Below are positions 1 through 11,248 of a DNA stretch of 64,000 bases, in pieces; position 1 is the stretch's first letter, and every line of letters begins with the position of its first letter. Position numbers and translations under genes: made by a program. The notes under the pieces are model-generated. The model saw only the letters and a program-made list of their open reading frames with translations, ran no database searches and was not told the origin of the DNA. This DNA comes from the human T2T-CHM13v2.0 reference genome, Homo sapiens: NCBI RefSeq assembly GCF_009914755.1, contig NC_060932.1; one strand, given 5' to 3'.

Positions 1-2491
1 GAGTGAAGGGGGAAGATACTAGTGATATGATGGAAGTAAAATTAATAGAATTTTGTGCTTCAAAGCATGTAAGGAGTGATTGAAAATAAAATGTACTCTC
101 CATGAATTATAAAATATATGTAATGTTTCTCTTATGCAAATGTTCAAAATAGTAGTCATTATTTTAATTCCATTTATACCATTATATTTTGCCCTTCATT
201 ATAGGGATAGAATTTCCTGTGATTATATAAAAGTGTCTTCCTCTAGTCTGAAATTGCTCTTAGTATATTTTTAAGACAAATTTTTGCTGAATTTATAGTG
301 AGCTAAATTCACATAATAATCTATGTTAATCGTCTTTATCCAGGTTTTACTAATCTGTCAATGGCTTTTCCTTCTAGCTCATAGTCCTAGCTTGTTCCTG
401 CCTTTCTGTCTCTAATTACTTTTAGCTTATTTCCCAGGTGGTGATAAAAGGAACTTTCTTCTAATTGAATCCAATTTGAAGCCAGGTCCCTCTTAAAAAA
501 TTATGGATCCTCTGTTTTATGCCAATAGTTATTCACCTGATGCATGGGGGGCAAGGGGTGTTTTTGAAACCCTTGCATGGTGGGGTACATAAATACAACA
601 ATAAAAAATTTTAAATAGAAGTTTTGGAAAGAAATAACAGCAATCTTTTATCCTACAAGCATAAGTCATGAAAACAAGGGTTCCTTTCTTCTTAAGTCTG
701 TGCCAAATTGGTAAAAGTGCCATGACCTGAAAGAAGGGTCTGCATAATAGTCTTAGACAGCATAAATGAGCCTGTTTCTTCTACTGAGACAAAAGCTTAT
801 TTTATACCTTTATAGAGTCTGTGAAAAAGTTTTAACTTTAAATGGATTTTAAAAGGTCCTCTTTTTCTTCCTTTAAAATCAACATTTCCTGCATCTTGTC
901 TTTATTTTGTGAAGTGTTAACCAACAAATTGAATACAGCCTGTGCTTGGCAAATGAATATTAAATGCTTTTTCCTGGAAAATGTGTTTGCTCATTAAATT
1001 TGACAGTCATTGCTTATGTGGTAAATGTTGTCAGTGCCAAGAACTATCTGGCATGGCTGCCAGCTACAGGTCCATTATTTTAATTGCCTTTAACCTATAA
1101 TCAATATTTACTGCTTTCCATAGAAAGAGACTGCATAGCTAAGCAGTACAAAAAGTGAGTTTATTCTTCTGCATGTTAGTTTTTGCTTTTACATCTAAAA
1201 GGTAGAATTAAATGCTTCCTCTGGGTACTACCTTTTTTTTTTATCAAAACTATCTCCTACTACTTATTTTGTGAAATGCTCACATCATCCAAATCATGTC
1301 TATTTCAAACAAAGCAATTTGAATTTATGACTGAGACTCAAATTCTGCTTTATCATAAATTACCTACATCTTTTTTTTTGTCATTGTAAGAAGGTACTGA
1401 ATTTTAATAGCATTTGTGGGGAAATGCATGCTTCCAAATATAAAATCTTCAGGATTTTCTTGGATATTTTGGAAAAAAGATAAGCCTGCAGGTAAAAATC
1501 AAGAGATCCTAATTGGGAGGAGGCAGAATATAAAGGCTAGGATGATGGTTTCATCTTTCGAGCATGCAATTTTACAATGGAGAGCCTTTGAGATTATTCA
1601 ACTTTAGAATGGCATTACACAAATGACATTGTAAAAAGGTCACACTGATAGTAATGTGAAGAGAGATTGTAATCATGGAGTAAGGGAAAGGGAATAGATT
1701 TTAATATAAACAAACATAGTTAAGTAAAAGAATTATAGCAATATTGTGCATCAGGAATATTACAATGGGGAGTGTGTGTATGTATGAATAGACCTAGGCA
1801 CGTGAGTTAATTGCAAGATTTTGCATAATGACAAATATCTGGAAAGAGTTTAAATTGTCAAAAATCAAGAATTAAGCAAACAAATATGCTACAATTTAGT
1901 TTTATGAAGCTACTGAGTTTGATTTTTAAGAAGTATATTTGATTATGTAAAGTTGATGACACATTATTTTATTTGGCATAAAATAATGCTCATGACACAT
2001 TAAATGAATAAGTGTATATGTACATTATATATTTGTATTATATCAAATAAATACATCTAGAAGAAAACACCAAAATACTATGTTCATTTTGATTTTCTCT
2101 TCCCATTTAGCTATATTTTTAAAATGTTTATAGTGAGTGCATATTGTATGCACGATTTCTGAAATTGCTCTCATGATAGAATATTATAGTGTTATAATGC
2201 TGTGCTATGGACAGGATCATGAAATTTAAGAGGAAGGCACAACTTTGGAAGTCAATGTTAGATTAAACTGGAATCTAATGAGCTCGAATTTATTTGAAGC
2301 CTTGATAAATTTCAAGCGATTGGCAAAAATCACCACCAATAAAGCCCTACAATGTAGTCATTCCTCAAACATTAACTTGATAAATATGATAACCTTACTT
2401 TGTTAGACAGGAAACGTGTGAAGAAAGATGACAGTATTAGAGTCAGGGAGTTTGTGTATGTGACTTACTGTAGCTTCTAGCTACCTGACAT

Positions 2492-2520
2492 AATTATACT
2501 GGGCAAATTATACTGGGCAA
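2492..2520. repeat. Short tandem duplication (AATTATACTGGGCA x2)
   Basis: aattatactgggca-aattatactgggcaa read directly. Confidence 0.8.
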
Positions 2521-2739
2521 AGAGTATCTACAATCAGAAAACTCTTCAAGTTTTCACCTAAAAAAATCAGTGTCTCTTTCCAAATAAAAGTTTAAACTCT
2601 TTTGTATTCTAACAGAGAGTATTGTCAGCTAAAATAGACCATGAATTAAGCAAAAAATAATGTGGGGCATCAAACATCATGTATCCTCAGTATACAAAAA
2701 GATAGTTTTTCATCCATAGACAGTATGCACCAATTTGTG

Positions 2740-2870
2740 TGTTATGATTTAGTTTATTTGATAAATGTTTTCCATTGTCTACTATGTGCAAGACACTGTG
2801 TTAAGTTCTGCAGAGCACATAAAAATTATAAAATGCACCCTGATCTCAAGAAAGTAACAGTCATTAGATG
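2740..2870 (-). mobile_element. L2 LINE 3' fragment
   Basis: tactatgtgcaagacactgtgttaag...ccctgatctcaagaaagtaacagtc resembles the reverse-strand L2 3' end. Confidence 0.6.
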
Positions 2871-3024
2871 AAATGACATAATCATTGATGGTCATAAAGC
2901 AAGATAAATATAATAATAAGGTAAGTATAGTAACAATAAGAAAAATACAAATAAACTAGTCTAGTTGGATAATGAACGGAACCCTTTCAGTCTCAGATTT
3001 TTAGAAGCTGAGAACAATACAATA

Positions 3025-3662
3025 TGCTATGGTTTTACTGTGTATCACCTCTAAAACTCATGTTGAAATTTAATTGCCATTTTAACAATATTAGGAAGTG
3101 AAAACATTAAGGGGTGATTAGGGCATGAGGACTGCATCCTCATGGGTGAAATTGGTGCCATTATAGAAGGTCAAGTTTGTCCTTCCTCTCTTGTGTGCCT
3201 TTTTATTTATTTATTTATTTATTTATTTATTGAGACAGTTTCGCTATTGTCGCCCAGGCTGGAGTGCAATGACACTAGCTTGGCTCACTGCAATCTCCAC
3301 CTCCTGGTTTCAAGCGATTCTCCTGCCTCAGCCTCCCGAATAGTTGGGATTACAGCTTTTAGTAGAGACAGGGTTTCTCCATGTTGGCCAGGCTGGTCTC
3401 AAACTCCTGACCTCAGGTGATCTGCCTGGCCTCGGTCTTCTCCCAAAGTGTTGGGATTACAGGCGTGAGCCACTGCGCCTGGGCCTCTCTCACTCTTTCA
3501 TGTTCTATCACTGGAGGACACAGCAAAAAGGCCCTTGCAAGATACCAGCGCCTTGATTTGGGATTTCCCAGTTTCCAGAAATGCGAGAAAAAATTATCTG
3601 TTTATTATAAATTAGCCAGACTGAGGTATTCTGTTAATAGCCGCACAAAATGAAACAAGACA
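3025..3662 (+). mobile_element. 5' LTR of MST-family (MSTC/MSTD-like) MaLR element, interrupted by an Alu
   Basis: Starts TGCTATGGTTT...aaaactcatgttgaaatttaattgcc; ends ...gtattctgttaatagccgcacaaaatgaaacaagaCA; homologous to 5296-5688. Confidence 0.9.
3200..3485 (-). mobile_element. AluS (Sp/Sq-like) with (TTTA)n tail and ~30-35 bp internal deletion
   Basis: gagacagtttcgct...ggagtgcaatg...; 'gggattacag|cttttagtagagac' lacks the linker region; ends gagccactgcgcctgggcc. Confidence 0.92.
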
Positions 3663-5295
3663 GAAAACTAATACCAGGAGTGAGGTATGGTTATAACAAA
3701 TAATTGAAAATGTGGAAGCAGCTTTGGAACTGGGTAATGGATAGAGGCTGCAACAATTTTGAAGTGAATGCTGGAAAAAGCCTTCATTTCCATGAATGGA
3801 GCATTAAGGGTGACACTGGTAAAGACTTGAAATAAAAGAAGAGCTGTAGGGAAAGTCTGAAACTTCTCAAAGATTACTTAAATGGTTATGGTCAGAATGT
3901 TGGTAGAAATATTGGCAGCAAAGGCCATTCTGATGAGGTCTCAGATGGAAAGAGGAAACAAGATATTGGAAACTGGAATCAAGCCCATCCTTTGTAGAAA
4001 GTAGCAAATCACTTGGCTGAATTGTGTCCAAGCTAAGGGCTTTATGGAAGAGAGAATTTAAGAGCAATGAACTAGGGTATCTGGTGGAAGAAGTATCTGA
4101 GAAGCAAGACATCAGGTGCTGTTTGTCTTCTTTTAACTGCATTTAGTAAGACAAATGAAGAGGGAAGTGATATAAAGATGAAGTTTATAATTAAAAGGCA
4201 ACCAAAGTTTAGGAATTTGAAGGATTCTCACACTGGCCATGTGGTAAAGAGTGAAAGAATATTTTCTGGAGAGAAAATAAAGGGTGCAGCTGAAGGACCA
4301 TTTGATAAGGAGATTAGTATGGATAGAACAAAGCCAGAGGCTATTCACCAGGACTATCAGAAAAAAAAAACCCAAAAGCACTTTAGGGATTATCAGTACT
4401 GCTGCTCCCATCACAGGCCTACAGTGACAGCCTTGGGGGAAAAAATATGTTAACAGACAGGTTTAGAGCACCCTTGGGACATTGGGGCTTATGACCCAGG
4501 GCTGCTTCAAGTCTCTGTTCCCCACATTCTGGCACAGTACTCCTTGCTTTCCCCAGCCTTGGCTCAACTGGGCATAGGTGTGGCTCATCCTGCCATTCTG
4601 GAAGGTACAAGCCATAAACCTTGACAACATCCACATGTTGATTCGGCAGCACACAGAATGCAAGAGCTGTGAAGGTGTGGCTTCCCCTACCTGGATTTCA
4701 AAGGATATTATAAACAGCCTGGGAACCTAGGCAGAGACGTGTTGCAGGTTAAAGCCACTGCAGAGAGTCCCCACTAGATAGAGTGGAACTATAAAGGTGG
4801 GACCACCCCCAAGACCTCAGAACTCTAGAGTTACCAATATGCAATGCCAGCCTAGGAGAGCTGCAGGCTCAAGACTCCAATCTATGACAGCTACTGTGTA
4901 GGCCGAGCCCAGCAAAGCCATGTGGGCAGGGATGCTGGAGGCCTTCAGGGCCTAATCCCCACTCCAGTGTGCCAAGAAGGTGGGACATCCAGTCAGAGAA
5001 TATTATTGTGAAGCCTTAACATCTGATATTGTCCAATCTGTTGGATTTGAGACTTACTTGAGAAAGATTACTCCCTTTCTTTTCCTTCCTGTTTCTCATT
5101 TTTGGGGATAGGAATGTCTATCTATGTCTATGCCTGAACTGCCATTGTATTTTGGAAGGACTTACTAAATTTCATAGGCTTACTTACATCTGGAGGGAAA
5201 GTTGTTGGCATGAGTTAAGAATTTTGAGGCTATTTGGATGGAATTAATGTATTTTGTATGTGAGTTGGACATGAATTTTGGGTACAGGGGAAGAA
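3663..5295 (+). mobile_element. MaLR (MST-int) internal region, non-coding relic
   Basis: gaaaatgtggaagcagctttggaactgggtaatgg and ggccattctgatgaggtctcagatggaa are typical THE1/MST-int motifs; polypurine tract ggggaagaa just before the 3' LTR. Confidence 0.9.
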
Positions 5296-5688
5296 TGCGA
5301 TAGAATGTTTCTTTCCTCCAAAACTAATGTTAAAATGTAATTGCCATTTTAACAGTAATAAGAGGTAAAATCTTTTTTTTTTTTAAGATGGAGTCTCACT
5401 CTGTCACCCAGGCTCACTGTAAAGAGGTGGAATATTTAAGAGATGATGGGATAATTAGGCCATGAAGGCTCTATCCTCATGGGTGGGATTGATGCTATTA
5501 TTCATAAGTGAGTTTGATGTTGATGTCCACCTTCCATCATGGGATGACACAGGAAGAAATCCCTTGCCAGATGCCAGCACCTTGATCTTGGACATTCTAG
5601 TTTCCAGAACTATTAAAAAAAATTCTTTTTGTTATAAATTACCCAGTCTCAGGTATTCTGTCATAGCAGCACAAAACGTACTAAGACA
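5296..5688 (+). mobile_element. 3' LTR of the MST element
   Basis: TG...ctccaaaactaatgttaaaatgtaattgcc...ataaattacccagtctcaggtattctgtcatagcagcacaaaacgtactaagaCA; flanking 5-mers caata (3020-3024) / caaca (5689-5693). Confidence 0.9.
5373..5420 (-). mobile_element. Very short 5'-truncated Alu 3' end
   Basis: T12 + aagatggagtctcactctgtcacccaggct-cactgt, flanked by aagaggtaaaatc / aagaggtggaata. Confidence 0.8.
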
Positions 5689-6733
5689 CAACAGGTAATA
5701 AGAACCCTGCCATTCAGAGTGGAGCAGTAGACCACTTTGTGAAACCATGCCACAGAATTGTAAAACCTACTATGCCATTATTAGCCCATCATGTTTCTAT
5801 AGACAAAATAATACCCACTTTATTGAATGGAGTTTTCAGCAAGAAGACAGGTGGTATGGTGAGAGTATTGAGAAACTGAAGGAAGTTGATTACTTTTTCA
5901 ATTAATAAGTATGTAATTGACAAATGATAGCTGTCAAGTAGGCCTAATAGGTCACCTCCACAACACTCCTAGGTCTTGGTGAGTAGGAGTAAGGATCTTG
6001 ATGTGTAAACAATTTGTCTAAAAAAAACACATTAATTTCTCATTTTGACTATGAAATATTTTTTCACAGTTACAAAAACTGAGGGACTGCTGATGGTTTA
6101 TAAAACACTGTTTCATTTAGTAGATATAAATTTTGTACCTATGTAAGTTAAGTAACTAATTCTCTAAGAGTTCAGGCTACATGAGGCATGATAGCATGGA
6201 CAATGTATATGTTCTTTTCAAGATTCAGAATGATTCTTTGACATGTAGAGTTAGATGATCTTTTCCAAACATTCTGGAAAAACAAGACTTGTTCTTATCT
6301 ATTAAAACTATTTTGTAGTATCAAGCAATTACAGGAACTTGAGGAGAACTTATTTATTTTTAATGTAAAGGGGTAAAATACTGTCATTGTACATTTCAAA
6401 TTGGGGTAAAGAAAGCTGAATTATGAATACATAGTTTTGGGAGAACTGGCTTACCATTTGGATAGAATAAATACAGTAGTATCTTTACCTCATTCTAGAG
6501 GCCATCCAAATTGTTCAGGTGGGTAAAATATTTAAATATAAAGATAGTCTTTACAATAATGTAAGAAAGCTTATTAGTTTCTAAGTTTTTGAAAATAATC
6601 CAAAAGTGAGGAAGGCCTGCAATAAACTCAGACTACATAAAAGATCATTCTGAAAATATAAGCATTTAAAAGAGTCCTTATGGACACAAATAAACATGCA
6701 AATACATAGAAAAAATGCCCTACATCCCTCATA

Positions 6734-7311
6734 TGTTATACAGCTTCTGAGGTGACTCCCAATGGTCTTCATCCTTGTATATTCTCTTTTCGTTAAGTGT
6801 GGGCTGGACCTAGTTACTAGTTTCTAGCAAATAGAAAATCTCAAAAATGATGGATCTTACTTCCATTATTTGCTTACAAAAAGACTACGGCTCATTCTCT
6901 TTTCTTGTCTTTCTCTCTCTCTCTGGCTCTCTCTTTTGCTCTTGCTTTCTCTATTATCTCTGTCTCTGTCTCTCTGTACCCCTCAGATCACCAGCATCCA
7001 TGTCACGAGGACCCTTGACCATCCTGAGGCCAGCATCCCTGTCATGAGGACCTTTGAGCATCCTGTAGAGTGGTTCATGTGGCAAAGAGCCAAGGCCTAC
7101 CAGCAAGCAAGTGAGGTTGGAAGCAGTCCCTCCTCTATTTGAGCCTTAGATGACTGCAGGTCCTTGACTGTAGCCTATGGAAAAGGCCCCCAGCAAACCC
7201 GCACCTGTTTTGTTCCACCTGTTTCCACATAAACTGGGAGATGATAAATGTTTGTTGTTTTAAGCTACTGAGGTTTAGGAGAATTTGTTACATAGCAATA
7301 GATAATTAACA
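6734..7311 (+). mobile_element. MLT1F-like MaLR solo LTR
   Basis: gtgtgggctggacctagttact...; 3' end ataaatgtttgttgttttaagctactgaggttt...gttacatagcaatagataattaaca. Confidence 0.8.
6991..7065. repeat. 39-bp tandem duplication inside MLT1F
   Basis: ccagcatccatgtcacgaggacccttgaccatcctg / ccagcatccctgtcatgaggacctttgagcatcctg. Confidence 0.85.
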
Positions 7312-7787
7312 AACTTCATAATTCTTAAAATATTAATTAAAGCTATTAGAAATAATTATTCACATATCATATTGACAAGGATTGAAGTTTAATGATGCCC
7401 TATGTTGATAATGTGTGGGAAAAAGACGCATGCTACTGCTTACAGTGTGTAACTTGGTTCATTTTTAAAGGGAAGATAATTCATCACTGTGTACTAAAGT
7501 TTTAAATGTTCATCCTCATTTACCCAGCAATTTATCTCTAAGAGTATCTGCACAAAATATATGCCCAATAATTAAGGACAGATTATATTAATTATGGTTC
7601 ACACATGAAGTGGAATACCTTGTGGCTTTTATCAAAAATAGGGTATATCTAAATGTGCCGATATGTAAAGTTGCCAAATAAATAATGCTGTTACTCTTGC
7701 ATTATTTTCCATTTCATTTGGCTCAATTTTCTCAAGACTCTCCACCCTGATATTGACAGAATTTTCAGAAATGTGTATTCTATATTT

Positions 7788-8010
7788 AAGCAGAATAGTT
7801 TGGACATTAAGGTGTTGACTCTGGGGCCAGTTGCTAGGTTCAATCTCTTCTCTGCCACTTTTTCTGTGACCTTGGATAGGTTACTCTGTGACTGCAACTT
7901 ACCCTATAAGTTAGGTAGTAATTGCCTTACAGGCATTTTTGGAAAATTCATGAGTTAATATAATTTAAGGATTATAATAGTTCTTGGAATATAGTATGGA
8001 CTACATAGTG
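7788..8010 (+). mobile_element. MIR SINE
   Basis: gactctggggccag...ggttcaatc...tctgccact...tgtgaccttggataggttac MIR core. Confidence 0.75.
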
Positions 8011-9222
8011 TTGATTCTTTTCTAAATTGTTAATTATATTTGTATATGGCAATTTTATCTAGATCAGAGTTTTCCTAAAGAATAATTTGGACAGCTTTTG
8101 GGGATGCTTGAGCAGGCAGTTTCAAGGATGTGGTCTTTGAGTAGTTTCATCAGATTTGCCCTTGGTGCATGTCTCTTCTTAGTGTCCATGTTCAAAATTT
8201 TCTACCATCTTGGTTAGCAGGGGACCTTGGTGGCTCAAATTAAGCCCTATTTAGAAAATTTATTTGCATTACTTTAGATATTAAAATAATTATTTTATAT
8301 TTTCACTGATACTGCCAGAATATGCTATGTTTTCTGTTTTGAAAAGATGAACTAAATGACCTCCCTCTGAGTCCACCAACAGCTCAATTTTATTTCCAGA
8401 TGAAATCACCATTACCAAAATGCTAGCAGCCAGACAGCAGTCTCAGTCCAGAATTCAAAGCCAAAATGCTGATTGAAATTCACGGTATTCATAATAGAAT
8501 GGACTAGGTACAGAGTTCACTGGGAACATAGCTGATGGATGAAGTCCTTCTGCATATAGGAATGTGACATTCTTCACAGAATATATGGCATTTAAGATGA
8601 GATATTAAGGAAATGTTGGGTGGATACAGAGAATTTGGAAAGAAAGAGTGGACCTAAGTCAAGCTAAAATATTTAGAATGTGTCTTTCATCTAAAAGAGG
8701 ACACTGCCATTAGTAATACAATTTGTTCAATGATAATTGTGAGAAAGGCATAGAAGAGGCTTAACAGTGGATAGATATTGGTGGCATAAAGACAAAGCAG
8801 GAGAAAGGCATAAGCTAAGGCAGCAGCAGAGAACAGGGCTTGGTTTTAAAGAGTCATCTACTGCTAAATAGGAGGACTGATAAACCAGAATAAGATTGTC
8901 CATATAGATATATTTGAATGTGGAGAATTTTTCTATAAATCTTTAATAAAGTATTTTTTAATTTTGTATTAAATATCTAAGAAAACATCCCTCAATGATG
9001 GTAATTTCTACTTAAACTTTTTGCTGTGCAAGAAAAGTTTATGAATGACAAAATACAGTTTCATCTCCATTATCTAGTCCTGAATAATATGGAAATAAAT
9101 GTTCTAGCCTAATTTTTTTAAAATAACAGATAATGCTGACACCTGTTGCAATATTAGTGGGGGAGTCTACATTAGTAGCACAATTTATATCAGCCCAAAT
9201 GGTAAAAGTATTAAACTTACTA

Positions 9223-9516
9223 TTTTTTTAATATTTTACCTTTTATTTTAGGTTCAGAGTACATGTGCATTATTATATAGTTAAATTCGTGATTTGGGGT
9301 TTGGCGTACAGATTATTTCATCACCCAGAAAGTCTTTTTTTTTCTTCTGAATCTCTCTATCCTCCCACTCCTCTCCCTCAGGTAGGCCCCAGTATCTGTC
9401 GTTCCCCTCTTTTTGTCCATGTATTCTCATTATTTAGCTGTTACTTATAACTGAGAACATGTGGTATTTGGTTTTCTGTTCTTGCCTCAGTTTGCTAAGG
9501 ATAATGGCCATCAGTT
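9223..9516 (-). mobile_element. L1PA15/16-like 3' end fragment
   Basis: ggttcagagtacatgtgca...gagaacatgtggtatttggttttctgttc...tttgctaaggataatggcc. Confidence 0.85.
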
Positions 9517-9651
9517 ATGTGGTATTAAAAGTTGAGCGTTTCCAATGTATCTTTTTTATTTAAACAAGTTCTTCTTTGTTAAGCTATTTTAATAACATGA
9601 CCCTCTGTAGTACCAGAAATTGTTTGATCTTCCAGGAAGAGATTTAAAGCA

Positions 9652-9995
9652 GAGTCATGCACTGCATAATGTTGTTTCGTTCATCAGTGAACAGCAGATA
9701 TGATGGGGATCCTGTAAAGTTATGACATATTTTTACTGTACCTTTTCTACATTTAGATATGTTTAGATACACACATAATTCTCATTGTGTTACAGCTGCC
9801 TACACTATTTAGTACAATAATATACTGCACAGGTTTGTAGCCCGGGGTGATAGGCGATACCGTATATCCTAGGCATGTAGCAGGATATACTATCTAGGTT
9901 TCTGTAAGTACACTCTATGATGTTTACACAAGAGCAAAATCGCCTAATGTCACATTTCTCAGAACATATTCCTATCATTAACGGACACGAGACTG
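9652..9995 (+). mobile_element. Tigger3a (MER7A/Golem-derived) non-autonomous DNA transposon
   Basis: agtcatgc...tatttttactgtaccttttct...tagatacaca...ctatgatgtt...catttctcagaac...gactg. Confidence 0.88.
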
Positions 9996-10575
9996 TCCTG
10001 AAATGTCCTTAAAATAACAACATAGATAAATAAAATGATATATTGTAAAGTAGATGGCAAAGTATAAATGTAAAGGTTTCTATCAACACTACTAACTTAG
10101 TAATCGTACCTTACTTTTCAGTAAAATAATATTTAAAATGTTATTATTTATATCAAGCATTTATTTATTTATATCAAACATTCTTTCTAGAGATTTCTAC
10201 TTTAAGTATCTAGGCCATTATAATATTTTGAACTATTATATTCAATTATTTCTAAAGTATGGTAAGTGAAAAAACCTCAACAGTTTAAATGAACCAAAAT
10301 ATTCAAAAATTTTGGTTTGGAGATGTTTTCTAAAAATAAGGTATTTTAAAAGATACATATGTATATACAGTAAATTATCAATGTCTATATGTATATCTAT
10401 ATGTATTGTGCTATGTTGATGTTTTTCTTCTCACCTGAATGTGTGTATGTGTGTGTTTTAATAATCTTCATTAGATATAACTATGAAAGAAAGTTTTCCC
10501 AAATTCTATAAATTGTCTTTCAGGACATTGTCAGGAACTAGGAAAGCTCTGAGATTTTGCACTACTTGTAAGGTA

Positions 10576-10652
10576 TTAGGTTGGTGCAAAAGTAATCGCA
10601 GTTTTTCATAAAAGTAATGGCAAAAATCACAATTACTTTTGCACCAACCTAA
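10576..10652. mobile_element. MADE1 (Hsmar1-derived MITE) with TA target-site duplication
   Basis: TA|ttaggttggtgcaaaagtaat...attacttttgcaccaacctaa|TA; 21-bp perfect terminal inverted repeat. Confidence 0.95.
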
Positions 10653-10675
10653 TAACGAGTAGTACTCATGGAAGC

Positions 10676-11117
10676 TGACAGTTTCATGAGTATTGAAAAC
10701 AGACACAAACCACGTGGGTCAGAGATAAAGGGCATCATTACTCATTGAAAAGCGGCATGAGCAGGGTATTTGTGTAATACCTCTTTACCCACAAGTAGCA
10801 TAGGGGTGAAGTGAAGAAGCTCAAATAAGTGCTTGCACATGCAGTAGCTTCAGTGCAGGAGAGAAACTCTAAGCTTAGGGAGCACACATTATTTTTAACG
10901 GGCAGTAAGCCTGATGCCCTTTGTTCTGAAGAAAGACATTATCCTACTGCACAGTGAAAATTCCCTTTTTTGACCTAGAGGGAGATACTATCTCTATCAA
11001 TCAAGGTTGCTTGCTATATCAAAATTATTGAAAAGATAGTGTATAATAAGGGCAGTGAATTACTTATTTGCAAGACTGCAGAAACATGAGAGACCCATGG
11101 TAAATTATGTCCCAACA
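10676..11117 (-). mobile_element. LTR40-like ERVL solo LTR
   Basis: Reverse strand begins tgttgggacataatttaccatgggtctctcatgtttctgcagtcttgc...gatagagatagtatctccctct. Confidence 0.75.
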
Positions 11118-11248
11118 AGCATGACTAAAGGAAAAGTACAGTATAACATTCACAGACTCACAAATAGCTCCTAGTAATGTAACACTGAATCCTCAGGATG
11201 ACAGAAATTACTAGTAAAATAGAGTTTGATTTAGACTAATATTAAAAA

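Larger units (their letters stand above)
6435..7685 (+). mobile_element. Ancient L1M (L1ME-like) fragment split by MLT1F
   Basis: tgggagaactggcttaccatttgg...atctttacctcat... and tttacccagcaatttatctcta resemble the L1 ORF2 3' region. Confidence 0.55.

Noticed and set aside
1049-1064. Palindromic CTGGC...GCCAG as a full NFI site
   Set aside because: Spacer is 6 nt rather than the canonical 5, so only half-sites are supported.
3867-4663. Several 65-93 aa ORFs in the MST internal region
   Set aside because: Short, on both strands, with no recognisable gag/pol motifs; decayed MaLR internal sequence.
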